From Parcubacteria group bacterium (GTDB lineage: Bacteria > Patescibacteriota > Minisyncoccia > Moranbacterales > UBA2206), in the NCBI GenBank assembly GCA_041659505.1, contig JBAZYF010000001.1:101475-165474 (forward strand): a stretch of 64,000 bases of DNA, given 5' to 3'. Numbering within the stretch: position 1 is the first letter of the stretch; the number at the start of each line of letters is the position of its first letter. Below the pieces are notes generated by a model. It searched no databases, had not been told where the DNA came from, and saw nothing but the letters and a program-made list of their open reading frames with translations. Shown piece by piece: positions 46,127-55,610 of the stretch. Position numbers and translations under genes: made by a program.

Positions 46127-47293
46127 TTAAAGGATAAACCCCACTTTTTTCTTCACCTCATCCAACTTCTTCTTCGCCAATGGTCGGACTTTTTTGGCGC
46201 CGTCTTCGAGGATCTTTAGCACTTTTTCGTCAGACAATTCCGCCATCCGTCTTTGGAACGGTTCGAGGAATTTGATAATTACTTCTGCGAGTTCTGTTTT
46301 GAAGTCAGAATACTTTTTACCCACAAAAAGCTCCGCCACTTCTTGGGGTTTTTTATTGTCCAAAAGAGCATAAATATTGATCAAATTTTTGAGCGCCGGT
46401 TTATCGTCAGAATAAATAATTTCACTGCCGCTGTCCGTCACCGCTTTTTTGATTTTTCTCTTCACTGTATCCGCGTCATCGCTAAGTGCGATGTAGTTAT
46501 ATTCCGATTTGGCCGATTTAGACATTTTCTTGGTTGGATCATCAAGACCCATGATATTTTCACTTTCTTTGTTTGTGTACGCCTCTGGCACCACAAATGT
46601 CTCGCCAAATTTATGATTAAATCTTTGTGCTAAAGTCCGCGCTAGTTCGATGTGTTGCTTTTGGTCTTTGCCGACAGGCACCGCCTGGGTATCATAGAGC
46701 AAAATATCAGCCGCCATTAAAACTGGGTAATCAAAAAGACCAACCGAAGATTTATTAAATGTTTCTCTGATAAATTTTTTATATACATCAACGGTTGAAA
46801 GTATGGCTGTTTTATGCAAAAAATTTGCAAGTTCAAGAATCTTATCTGCTTTAACCGCTCTATCGATTACGAACCCATTGTTTTCTAAATTCGTTATTAT
46901 ATCTTCCTTTGATTTTTCCATCATTGCTTCAACAAAAACATCTTCGTCAAAACCAGTCTTATCTTTGAATTGAGTCATTTTATTCAGATCACCATTCTGG
47001 GTAATCGTATTTAAAATCCAACTCAGCTCCGCATGCTCCGAAACGTGCGATTGGATAAAAATTGAACATTTCCCTGGGTCTATCCCCGCTGCCAAATAAA
47101 TCTTGGCGATTTCAATTGTGCGACGACGTAGCGTTTCCGGATCTTGCGGAACCGTGATGGCGTGCATATCCACGACACAAAAAATCGAATCATACTCCTC
47201 TTGTAACTTGACCCAATTCTGGATTGCGCCGAGATAGTTTCCAATGTGAAGATTCCCCGATGGCTGAATGCCAGAAAATATGCGTTTTTTCAT
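46127..47293 (-). CDS. trpS: Tryptophan--tRNA ligase (TrpRS) with an ~60-70 aa insertion.
   Basis: HIGH-region GIQPSGNLHIGNYLG, KMSKS motif, and the TrpRS-specific GKDQKQHIELAR. Confidence 0.85.
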   Translation of the reverse strand: MKKRIFSGIQPSGNLHIGNYLGAIQNWVKLQEEYDSIFCVVDMHAITVPQDPETLRRRTIEIAKIYLAAGIDPGKCSIFIQSHVSEHAELSWILNTITQNGDLNKMTQFKDKTGFDEDVFVEAMMEKSKEDIITNLENNGFVIDRAVKADKILELANFLHKTAILSTVDVYKKFIRETFNKSSVGLFDYPVLMAADILLYDTQAVPVGKDQKQHIELARTLAQRFNHKFGETFVVPEAYTNKESENIMGLDDPTKKMSKSAKSEYNYIALSDDADTVKRKIKKAVTDSGSEIIYSDDKPALKNLINIYALLDNKKPQEVAELFVGKKYSDFKTELAEVIIKFLEPFQRRMAELSDEKVLKILEDGAKKVRPLAKKKLDEVKKKVGFIL

Positions 47294-47297
47294 AGGA

Positions 47298-48137
47298 TTA
47301 TTTACCGCTTAGTTTTTTAGTATCTTTATTTTTCAAAAAATTATTCTTCGAAACAATCGGCCGTTTCAATTTCCTTTCAATTTGCTTTCTGGCCGTTCCA
47401 GCAATTTGTCCACCGACTCGCGCGTCATCTTTCAGTCTCGGCAAGCCCTGGGAATCTTTTGTGCGATGAATTTCCGTCGTTGTTCTTTCTCCGAGCATCG
47501 TGAGTATGAGCTCGAAATCATCCATGTGATCACGCAGATTTTCCCACTTCAACCCTTTCACCTTTTTATATTCCGCTGGCGTTATACCAAAAGTAGCCTT
47601 GGAAATTTCTGCAGTCAAAATTTCATAATCCCGCTGCTCTTTTGCTCCACGTTTTTGCCATTCATCGGTTAGTTCTTCGCGAACAGCAATACCGCGCATC
47701 CGTTTTTCAATCCAATCTTCGGGATAGCCTTTGAGCTTATAGAGCAGTTTCGTTCTTTTAGTCGCCAGTTCAGGATTTTCAATTTCTTGTATTCGCTCAT
47801 AGCCCACTTTCGCCAACCAACGTTTTAGTGGCTCAGCTTTGGGCGAAGGAATTGATTGAACAATACGAAACATTCCCTCAGTATTGGCGCAATCAGTTTC
47901 ATATTTTTTCCCATCTGTCGCCTCCAATTTCAGTTGTACCCAAATTGGGGACAACTGAAGATCAATAAACTCGCGCCGTTTTACCTTACCCCAATATTGC
48001 CTTGGGGTGGGGCTATCTGTTAGTACAGCAACCACATCAACAATCGAAAACCACCACTCTTTCTGATGCAGCGTTTTTCGAATTGACTTGCCTCTAAATA
48101 TGGCGATTTGATTATTTTGATTTTCGCTGTCCAACAC
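47298..48137 (-). CDS. Bro-N domain / DinD-family protein (DNA-damage-inducible protein D-like, antirepressor-like), 279 aa.
   Basis: The N-terminus IAIFRGKSIRKTLHQKEWWFSIVDVVAVL is Bro-N/KilA-N-like. The C-terminal half (...KGLKWENLRDHMDDFELILTMLGERTTTEIHRTKD...) parallels the E. coli DinD C-terminal region. The DinD comparison is from memory. Confidence 0.5.
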   Translation of the reverse strand: MLDSENQNNQIAIFRGKSIRKTLHQKEWWFSIVDVVAVLTDSPTPRQYWGKVKRREFIDLQLSPIWVQLKLEATDGKKYETDCANTEGMFRIVQSIPSPKAEPLKRWLAKVGYERIQEIENPELATKRTKLLYKLKGYPEDWIEKRMRGIAVREELTDEWQKRGAKEQRDYEILTAEISKATFGITPAEYKKVKGLKWENLRDHMDDFELILTMLGERTTTEIHRTKDSQGLPRLKDDARVGGQIAGTARKQIERKLKRPIVSKNNFLKNKDTKKLSGK

Positions 48138-48303
48138 AATTTTACAAAAAATTAACTAAATCCATTTTAGCCCATTTTATCGTTTCGGGCAATTCTCGCT
48201 AAAACAAAAGCCCCGCCTAAGCAGAGCTCCTGTATTTTTACTGATTCCCGTTCACTGCTTGCCTACCAAAGCTTTAGCGTGGGCAGGTTTACTGCTCACT
48301 GTT

Positions 48304-50121
48304 TTAAACTTCAATAATCACCGGCAAAACCATTGGGCGTCTTTGCGTCTGTTGGAAGAGATAGAGTCCGACGACTTCGCGGATGTTGTCTTCGATGAAT
48401 TTCTTTTCTGGTGAAGTTTTTTTGGAGGTCGTATCCTTGATCGCTTTTTGCACGCGCCGCTTTGTTTCATTGATCAGGTCAAAGTTATCTTTGACATAGA
48501 TGAATCCGCGAGAAGTGATTTGAATGTTACCGACAATTTCTTTTTTCTTGCTGTCAAGAATGACTGTGATGACAAACATTCCATCAGCGCTGAGCACTTG
48601 ACGGTCACGAATGACCACTTGTCCCACGTCGCCGACACCCAGTCCATCCACCATCACATAGCTCGTGTCAACTTTTTTCGGCAAGACTTTGGCTTTACCT
48701 TTTTGCACTTCCAAAACGTTGCCGTTGTCCAGCACAAAAATATTTTCTTTGCGAAATCCGATCCGCACTGCCAGTTTTTCCGCTTCTTTGAGCATATAGT
48801 GATTAGCATAGACCGGCAAGAAAAAATCTGGGCGCACTTGCCTGAGCATCTCTTGGATATCTTGTGCGCTACAATGACCACTAGTGTGGACATCCATCAC
48901 ATCCGAGTGGATGACATTGTCGCATTTGCGATAAAGATTATCTTTCAAACGTTGGACCGTCCGTTCGTTGCCCGGAATGACCGAGGAAGAAAAGATGACT
49001 GTATCGTTTTTCTTGATTTTGATGAAGCGATGATTGTCCGTGATGATGCGTGAAAGCACAGCATTCCCCTCGCCTTGCGCACCGGTACAGATGATCACTA
49101 CTTTGTTTTCCGGGTATTTGTGCAAGTCGTTGACGGTAATCAGGGTTTCTTTGTGCATCTTGATGTACCCCAGTTCTTTAGCAATCTCCACATTCATTTT
49201 CATGCTATAGCCATCCAGGGCTACTTTCTTGCCGACTTTTTCGGCATATTCCAAAATGTGGCCGATGCGCCTGATCTGGGAAGAAAAGGTACCAATGATA
49301 ATCTTGCCGGTCGCTTCGCGGATCAGTTTTTCCAAGTTATAGTACATTTCCTCTTCGGTCGTACGGGATGGATTGGTAACGATTGCGCCGAGGCTTTCCA
49401 GCATCAAAATTCTAGGGCTGGGCAATTTCGACAAATGATCATAGGTCAAAAGCTTTCCGCCCTCGGGCGTTTTTTCCATCGTCCAGTCGCCGGGATGAAT
49501 CACGGTTCCGTCCGGGGTTTTGAGAATCACGCCGACGGCGTCCATGATGGAATGTTCGATCTCAAAAAATTCGATAGTAAACTTTCCTAAGGATACTTTA
49601 TCCGTGACTGATTTGACGCGGATGGTTTTCAGATTTTGAGCAGAACCTTTTTCAAAGTCTTCCAATTTTTTCTTGACCATAGCGAGCGTCATGTCGCGAC
49701 CGATGATTGGCGGATAGCCCAGTTGGCGCAGAAGGATCGGCGCCGCACCGATATGATCCAAATGGCCATGGCTCAAAACGACACCACGGATATTTTTTTC
49801 TTTACCTTTGAGATAGCTGATATTGGGAATGATGTAATCAATTCCCGGCATATCTTCTTCCGGAAATTGCAGACCCATGTCAAGGATGACGATATCTCCG
49901 CCATATTCAAACACAGTCATGTTGCGCCCAACTTCCTCATTACCGCCCAAGGGAATGATGCGCAAACTCTCCTTAGAACTTCCCGAATTTGTTGTCATCG
50001 GCATCGGGCTGCGATTTGGTTTTGGTTTTAGCCTCGCTAAACCGTCGAGGTTTTTGGGTATCGCAAAACTGTTTGGACGTGCCAAACCAGCTGGCGATAC
50101 ATTGGTTGTTTTCTTAAACAT
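48304..50121 (-). CDS. rnj: Ribonuclease J (metallo-beta-lactamase/beta-CASP RNase). The start is uncertain; an alternative Met lies ~40 codons in.
   Basis: The HxHxDH motif (VVLSHGHLDHIGAAP), the beta-CASP region and the C-terminal domain all match RNase J. Confidence 0.85.
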   Translation of the reverse strand: MFKKTTNVSPAGLARPNSFAIPKNLDGLARLKPKPNRSPMPMTTNSGSSKESLRIIPLGGNEEVGRNMTVFEYGGDIVILDMGLQFPEEDMPGIDYIIPNISYLKGKEKNIRGVVLSHGHLDHIGAAPILLRQLGYPPIIGRDMTLAMVKKKLEDFEKGSAQNLKTIRVKSVTDKVSLGKFTIEFFEIEHSIMDAVGVILKTPDGTVIHPGDWTMEKTPEGGKLLTYDHLSKLPSPRILMLESLGAIVTNPSRTTEEEMYYNLEKLIREATGKIIIGTFSSQIRRIGHILEYAEKVGKKVALDGYSMKMNVEIAKELGYIKMHKETLITVNDLHKYPENKVVIICTGAQGEGNAVLSRIITDNHRFIKIKKNDTVIFSSSVIPGNERTVQRLKDNLYRKCDNVIHSDVMDVHTSGHCSAQDIQEMLRQVRPDFFLPVYANHYMLKEAEKLAVRIGFRKENIFVLDNGNVLEVQKGKAKVLPKKVDTSYVMVDGLGVGDVGQVVIRDRQVLSADGMFVITVILDSKKKEIVGNIQITSRGFIYVKDNFDLINETKRRVQKAIKDTTSKKTSPEKKFIEDNIREVVGLYLFQQTQRRPMVLPVIIEV

Positions 50122-50467
50122 ACTTTTCGAAAATTAAAGACACCAAAAAAAGTTGGTTGCCCTTAACAAAAGCGACATACGCGCTTTTTTATTTAAAGAA
50201 ATTAGTTAGTATTATCAATCCCAGAGAAACTCCGGGCTTTTTTTCTACAAAAAGCTACGCGAAACAAATAATAAGCTCGTCACGCCGTAGCCCTGGCGGA
50301 GGAGGAGTTAATAATAAAGAAATAGAATAATTGACTAAAACAAAAGGTTTTCTTCCACTGCTGAAATTATATCATACTATTATACACGAATCAACAGAAT
50401 TGTCAAATGGTCTTGTGGAAACCGGTGAAATTAGCTAGACTGAAAATATTATCCATAAAGAAACACT

Positions 50468-51520
50468 ATGTCACTAAAAATCGGGATTGTCGGACTGCCA
50501 AATGTGGGAAAATCAACCCTTTTTAAAGCCTTAACCAGGACACAGGTAGATATCAGCAACTACCCTTTTTGCACGATCGAACCCAATGTGGGAATCGTAA
50601 AAGTGCCAGATGAACGCCTTGATAAGCTGGCTGAAATGTCAAAGTCGGCCAAAATCATTCCAGCCATCATTGAATTTGTCGACATTGCCGGCATCGTGAA
50701 AGGCGCCTCGACTGGGGAAGGCTTGGGTAACAAATTCCTTTCCAATATCCGCGAGGTTGACGCCATCTGCCAAGTCGTTCGAGTATTTGATAATTCTAGC
50801 ATCATTCACGTTAATAATAAAATCGATCCAGAAAGTGACATTGAAACGATCAACACTGAACTAATTTTGGCTGATCTAGAAACTATTGGCAAAGTGAAAA
50901 TTCGCCTTGAAAAAGAAATGCGTGGCAATAAAAAGGGCGCTGCTGAACAACTGGACGTACTGAATAAAATTAGGGAAAATCTTGAAGCAGGAAAAACGGC
51001 CAACTCTACCAGCCTAGATCTTGAAGAAGAAAACACAAAAATCATCGTGCGCGAACTGTCCCTACTCACGATGAAACCGTTTTTATACATTTTCAATGTC
51101 GCTGACGTCGAAACTAAATTATCGGAAAATCTGGAAAAATTACCGCATGTCAAATTGGATATAAAAATCGAAGAAGAATTGATCGAGATGACGAAAGCGG
51201 AAGCCGAGGAACTGAGCGTGCGATCAAATCTAGATGAACTCATCGTACGCGCCTATGAACTTTTGGGGCTCATCACCTTTCTCACTACCGGCAAAGATGA
51301 AACGCGCGCCTGGACAATCAAAAAGGGCTGGACCGCACCGCTGGCCGGCACCGCCATCCACAATGATTTCAAAGATAAATTCATCCGCGCCGAAGTGATC
51401 AACTGGCAAAAACTCCTGGACGCCGAAACCTGGTCAAAAGCCAAAGAACTCGGAACACTCCGCTTGGAAGGCAAGGAATATGTCGTTGCCGATGGGGATG
51501 TGATTGAGTTTAAGATTTAA
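50468..51520 (+). CDS. ychF: Redox-regulated ATPase YchF (Obg-family GTPase/ATPase with a C-terminal TGS domain).
   Basis: [23 protein letters not shown]... 350 aa. The C-terminal [22 protein letters not shown] matches the TGS domain. Confidence 0.9.
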   Translation: MSLKIGIVGLPNVGKSTLFKALTRTQVDISNYPFCTIEPNVGIVKVPDERLDKLAEMSKSAKIIPAIIEFVDIAGIVKGASTGEGLGNKFLSNIREVDAICQVVRVFDNSSIIHVNNKIDPESDIETINTELILADLETIGKVKIRLEKEMRGNKKGAAEQLDVLNKIRENLEAGKTANSTSLDLEEENTKIIVRELSLLTMKPFLYIFNVADVETKLSENLEKLPHVKLDIKIEEELIEMTKAEAEELSVRSNLDELIVRAYELLGLITFLTTGKDETRAWTIKKGWTAPLAGTAIHNDFKDKFIRAEVINWQKLLDAETWSKAKELGTLRLEGKEYVVADGDVIEFKI

Positions 51521-51523
51521 ATC

Positions 51524-51669
51524 CACCTCATCCGGCCTTCGGCCACCTTCTCCTTAGTAAGGAGAAGGGCTCAACGCATAACCTCCTCGATTCCTAAGCT
51601 CAGAGAAATTGATACAACATATCTGCATTTGTCCCCTCTCCTTACTAAGGAGAGGGTTAGGGTGAGGTG
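51524..51669. repeat. REP/MITE-like element (family 1). Two inverted arms flank ~55 bp.
   Basis: CACCTCATCCGGCCTTCGGCCACCTTCTCCTTAGTAAGGAGAAGGGC ... CCCCTCTCCTTACTAAGGAGAGGGTTAGGGTGAGGTG. Confidence 0.7.
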
Positions 51670-51699
51670 AATTAATTCGTAATTCTTAGAGAAAACTAT

Positions 51700-52503
51700 A
51701 TGACCATCATCCACGCAATAATTTTCGGCATCATTCAGGGCTTGGGAGAATTTTTGCCCATCTCCTCTTCTGCTCACCTAGTAATCTTTCCTTGGCTGTT
51801 CAATTTTCCAGATCCGGGACTGGCTTTTGATGTCGCGTTGCATTTTGGCACATTAATCGCTGTCGTATTATTTTTCTGGAAAGATTGGCTGAAAATTATT
51901 GCCCTCGCTTTTGGTTTTTCGAAAAAATTAAAATTAACTTCAGTCATAAATTATCCCAAAAATACGTTTTGGCTTTTGGTGATCGCCACAATTCCGGGAG
52001 CGCTTATTGGGTATCTTCTCGAAAAACAAGCGGAAACAATTTTCCGCTCTCCGCTCCTCATCGCCGGTACACTAGTTCTGGCCGGATTAGTTTTGTATTG
52101 GGTTGATAAAATGGGCAAGAAAAATCAGAACTTTGATAAAGTCACTCCCAAAAATGCACTCCTAATCGGGCTTTCCCAAGCCGTCGCGATTATTCCCGGC
52201 ATTTCTCGTTCCGGTGCAACAATTTCAACGGCTCTCGCTTTGGGCCTTGATCGTACGAGCGCCGCGCGTTTTTCATTCCTGATGTCTGCGCCAATTATTT
52301 TTGGCGCGACGATTTTAAAATTTTCCGATCTCATTGCTGATTTCAGTTTTGTCCAATTTATTGCTATCCTCTTTTCCGCCCTCTCCGGTTTTCTCGCTAT
52401 CGCCTGGATGTTAAAATTCATCGAACGCGTAAGCTACAAAATCTTTTTCTGGTACCGTTTGGCTTTTGCGGTGGTTATTGTTTTGATTTTTTTCTGGCGC
52501 TAA
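51700..52503 (+). CDS. uppP: Undecaprenyl-diphosphate phosphatase (UppP/BacA).
   Basis: MTIIHAIIFGIIQGLGEFLPISSSAHLVIF... is the BacA signature. 267 aa, polytopic membrane protein. Confidence 0.9.
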   Translation: MTIIHAIIFGIIQGLGEFLPISSSAHLVIFPWLFNFPDPGLAFDVALHFGTLIAVVLFFWKDWLKIIALAFGFSKKLKLTSVINYPKNTFWLLVIATIPGALIGYLLEKQAETIFRSPLLIAGTLVLAGLVLYWVDKMGKKNQNFDKVTPKNALLIGLSQAVAIIPGISRSGATISTALALGLDRTSAARFSFLMSAPIIFGATILKFSDLIADFSFVQFIAILFSALSGFLAIAWMLKFIERVSYKIFFWYRLAFAVVIVLIFFWR

Positions 52504-52647
52504 ATTTGACTAATCCCCCATTATGCGCTAAACTGTGCAAACAACCTAGAAAGCCCCGAAGTTCTCTCGCCTGGCAACTTTTTTTGCCAGGATAAGAGCA
52601 CAAACATTCCGCATCGGGGCAAACTCTGGCGGTTTTTGTTTTTAGGT

Positions 52648-52784
52648 GTCATCCTGAGCGTAGTCCGTACTCGGACGAAGTCGAAGGATCTGCTATCGAA
52701 TATCGTTAGCTTCATATCTAAAGGCTAAGTGTTGGGTTACGCAAAGCAGATTCTTCGACTCCGCTGCGCTGCGCTCAGAATGAC
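52648..52784. repeat. MITE-like element, family 3: GTCATCCTGAGCG...CGAAGTCGAAGGATCTGCT // AGCAGATTCTTCGACTCCG...CGCTCAGAATGAC.
   Basis: Nested imperfect inverted repeats plus an internal GTCCGTACTCGGAC palindrome. Single copy in the window. Confidence 0.65.
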
Positions 52785-52851
52785 AATTGCGATTTTTCAT
52801 ACACAAGAGTAAAGTTATATTAATTAACTAATTCATTAGAACGAAAAAATT

Positions 52852-53358
52852 ATGCGTTACGAACTGTTCTATCTCGTCGGTGTTTCGAAAGAAGTCGACT
52901 TGGATAAAATCAAGGCTGAGGTAGACGAAATTGTCACCAGCCACGCGGGTGTTTTTGAAGAAAAGATGACCCAGGAAAAAAGAAAGATGGCTTATAAGAT
53001 CAAAAAGGACACTCATGGCATTTATGTAGCCAAGCGGTTTTCCACTGAAGAACCGGCTAACGTCCCGGAAATCATCAACAAGCTCAATCTCCACCCGGGA
53101 GTTTTGCGTTTCATCATCAGCGATGCATCGGAACTGCCAGAACTGAAAACGAAAGAAGAGCGCATCGAGCAAGAAGAAAAAAGAGGTGAAGTAGAAAAAA
53201 TGCGCGAGGCGAAAAAAGAAGCGGAAGAGCTAGAAAAAAATCCGGTCAAAAAAGAAGAAGTAGCCCCAGCCGCTCCAAAGACCCCAGAAGAAGTCACCCA
53301 AAAAGCCGAAGACGCCGAGGCGTTGGATAAAAAACTGGACGAAATTCTCAACAGCTAG
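52852..53358 (+). CDS. rpsF: 30S ribosomal protein S6 with an acidic/lysine-rich C-terminal extension.
   Basis: MRYELFYLVGVSKEV...MAYKIKKDTHGIYV matches the S6 core. Confidence 0.85.
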   Translation: MRYELFYLVGVSKEVDLDKIKAEVDEIVTSHAGVFEEKMTQEKRKMAYKIKKDTHGIYVAKRFSTEEPANVPEIINKLNLHPGVLRFIISDASELPELKTKEERIEQEEKRGEVEKMREAKKEAEELEKNPVKKEEVAPAAPKTPEEVTQKAEDAEALDKKLDEILNS

Positions 53359-53422
53359 TTTTTATTAATTATTAAGTATAGACGACCTGCAATTGCGGGA
53401 CGTCTCTACCGATAACAAAAAT

Positions 53423-53905
53423 ATGAACATCAACAAAGTGATCCTCGTCGGAAGATTGACTCGGGATCCCGAAGTAAGAACTACAACTACCGGACAAACT
53501 GTCACTTCCATCTCAATTGCTACTAACCGCTTCTGGAAAGACAAGAACGGACAAAAGCAAGACCAGACAGAATTCCACAATGTCGTACTTTGGGGCAAGC
53601 TCGGTGAAATTGCCGGACAATATCTGACAAAAGGACAAGAAGCCTATTTCGAAGGTAGAATGTCCACAAGGAAATATACTGGAAAAGATGGCACTGAACG
53701 ACGCACAACCGAAGTAGTCGCCGAGAATATGCAACTGGGATCGCGCGCCGGACAAGGTGGCGGACAAGCAGCGGGAACTTACAACAAACCGATTGCTGCT
53801 CCAGCGCAAGCTCAAAGTCCACAAGCACCATCTTCAGAAGAAATCCCCACGATAAATCTTGATGAAGAGGAAGACGAGGTGAGAATTGAGGACGTACCAT
53901 TTTAG
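53423..53905 (+). CDS. ssb: Single-stranded DNA-binding protein.
   Basis: MNINKVILVGRLTRDPEVRTTTTGQTVTSISIATNRFW... is an OB fold. It has a Gly/Gln-rich linker and an acidic tail ending DVPF. Confidence 0.9.
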   Translation: MNINKVILVGRLTRDPEVRTTTTGQTVTSISIATNRFWKDKNGQKQDQTEFHNVVLWGKLGEIAGQYLTKGQEAYFEGRMSTRKYTGKDGTERRTTEVVAENMQLGSRAGQGGGQAAGTYNKPIAAPAQAQSPQAPSSEEIPTINLDEEEDEVRIEDVPF

Positions 53906-53910
53906 TAATT

Positions 53911-54068
53911 CCTCCTCTCCCTTAGGGAGAGGATGTCACATACTCGTGACAGGTGAGGGAAAAGGGCTAAAAAATTATAGGTAAACTAACTAAAATTAGT
54001 CTTTCTATAACATCAAGTCCCCTCCCTCATCCGCCCTTCGGGCACCTTCTCCCTAAGGGAGAAGGGGT
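53911..54068. repeat. REP/MITE-like element (family 1). Two inverted arms flank ~55 bp.
   Basis: CCTCCTCTCCCTTAGGGAGAGGATGTCACATACTCGTGACAGGTGAGGGAAAAGGGC ... CCCCTCCCTCATCCGCCCTTCGGGCACCTTCTCCCTAAGGGAGAAGGGG. Confidence 0.7.
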
Positions 54069-54098
54069 AATTCGTTTAATTTGTAAGTAATTTAAAGT

Positions 54099-54341
54099 AT
54101 GTATAACAATCGCAACAGCAACGAAATCAGCGTGCCGGAGAAAAAACTCTGCCACTTCTGCCAGAATCGGATCGAAAAGATCGATTTCAAGGATGCCTAT
54201 TTCATCCGCCGTTTTATGAATTCTCAAGGCAAGATTTATCCACCAAAGCGTCATGGAACCTGCACCAAACACCAAAGAGTGCTCACGAACGCGATCAAAA
54301 AAGCCCGCGTCATGGCGCTGGTGCCTTTTGTGGCAAGATAG
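54099..54341 (+). CDS. rpsR: 30S ribosomal protein S18.
   Basis: ...CHFCQNRIEKIDFKDAYFIRRFMNSQGKIYPPKRHGTCTKHQRVLTNAIKKAR. Confidence 0.9.
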   Translation: MYNNRNSNEISVPEKKLCHFCQNRIEKIDFKDAYFIRRFMNSQGKIYPPKRHGTCTKHQRVLTNAIKKARVMALVPFVAR

Positions 54342-54475
54342 CCTTTTAGTGTCATTAAAAGCAGGTTCGAGTTTGTAACTCGAACCTCATAGTTTACTAG
54401 CTAAATCTGTTCTATGGTAAACTAAAAGGACCGGGTTACAAACCCGCTCCTGCGAAATTAAATAAAAAAATATTT

Positions 54476-55033
54476 ATGATTGGAATTTCAGATATCAAGA
54501 CTGGGAAAAATATCATCTTGAATGGGATGCCATTTGCCGTGCTTTACCACGAACACTCCAAGACCGGACGCGCGGGATCAGTGCTGCGCACGCGCCTCAA
54601 GAACCTGACGACCGGAGCGGTCCTCGAAAAAACCTTTCAAGGTGCCGAACATGTGGAAGAAGCGACGATCACCAAATCCAAAGCCCAGTTTCTCTACAAA
54701 GAAAACACCGATTATTGTTTTATGGATAACGAATCCTACGAACAATTCTCGCTTTCCACGGAAACACTGGGAGATAATGTGGATTACTTGACCGAAGGAA
54801 CGGAAGTGATGTTTCTCAATTTTGAAGGTAACGCAATCAACATCGAACTGCCGGTCAAGATGAAACTGAAAGTGACTGAAGCGCCACCAGGCATCAAAGG
54901 CAATACCGTTTCCACTGGAGGCAAAATGGTCACCCTAGAAACCGGTAAAAAAATCTCCACTCCTCTTTTCGTTGAAGCTGGAGATGAAATTATCGTCAAC
55001 ACGGAAAAGGGTGAATATGTCAGTCGAGCGTAA
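54476..55033 (+). CDS. efp: Elongation factor P.
   Basis: MIGISDIKTGKNIILNGMPFAVLYHEHSKTGRAGSVLRTRLKNLTTGA... matches EF-P domain I with its conserved loop. Confidence 0.9.
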   Translation: MIGISDIKTGKNIILNGMPFAVLYHEHSKTGRAGSVLRTRLKNLTTGAVLEKTFQGAEHVEEATITKSKAQFLYKENTDYCFMDNESYEQFSLSTETLGDNVDYLTEGTEVMFLNFEGNAINIELPVKMKLKVTEAPPGIKGNTVSTGGKMVTLETGKKISTPLFVEAGDEIIVNTEKGEYVSRA

Positions 55034-55052
55034 AATTAGAATTTATTCGTAG

Positions 55053-55075
55053 AGACGCCCCGCTGGGCGTCTTTA
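55053..55075 (+). terminator. Possible efp terminator hairpin AGACGCCC-CGCT-GGGCGTCT. The T run is weak.
   Basis: Read directly. Confidence 0.4.
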
Positions 55076-55130
55076 AAAACCAGTTATTTTACAAAATACT
55101 TTTAGGGGAGTCAAAGGAAAGGAGAGCGAT

Positions 55131-55526
55131 ATGAAAGATGAGAATAGCACCGGGAATAAAGGCCCCGAGCGCATACTCAAGATCGGACATAACATGTACA
55201 CGACCTTGGAAGCGCAACAGCTCAAGGCAAGAATAAAATCTCCTGATTTGATGGACATTGAACCAATAACTGCGGGCGAACTTATTGAGCAACCAAAAGA
55301 GAAAACGCAAAGTCCCGCAAAAAAACGTAGAAAAAAGTACTTCAACGGAAGGGGGCCATTTTCCAAGATTAACCAATTAACAACCACTATCGGCATGATT
55401 AATGCCGTAACTAACCATGGCCTGGGCGGAGATGGATTTAGTGCCATCAGAAGCTCCGAAATTGCCCAAGGCGTATCAGAATATTACAAGATCGCCACCG
55501 ATCTAAATTATGGGAAAATAAAATGA
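55131..55526 (+). CDS. Hypothetical protein (131 aa) flanked by 15 bp perfect inverted repeats. Shine-Dalgarno AAAGGAAAGGAGagcgatATG.
   Basis: MKDENSTGNKGPERILKIGHNMYTTLEAQQLKARIKSPDLMDIEPITAGE... The basic segment KKRRKKY. No recognised family. Confidence 0.5.
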   Translation: MKDENSTGNKGPERILKIGHNMYTTLEAQQLKARIKSPDLMDIEPITAGELIEQPKEKTQSPAKKRRKKYFNGRGPFSKINQLTTTIGMINAVTNHGLGGDGFSAIRSSEIAQGVSEYYKIATDLNYGKIK

Positions 55527-55610
55527 TTTATCCAAAATCGACTCCCTGAAAAAAGGGGAACAGCGATTCCCCTCCCCTAAAAGTATTTGGTGAAAATTAA
55601 CTATCCGAGT

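Noticed and set aside
54345-54470. Possible tRNA, because of a GGTTCGAGT T-loop-like motif.
   Set aside because: No cloverleaf can be drawn: there is no acceptor stem, D-arm or discriminator, and the stems are simple long hairpins. I interpret it as a structured spacer, not a tRNA.
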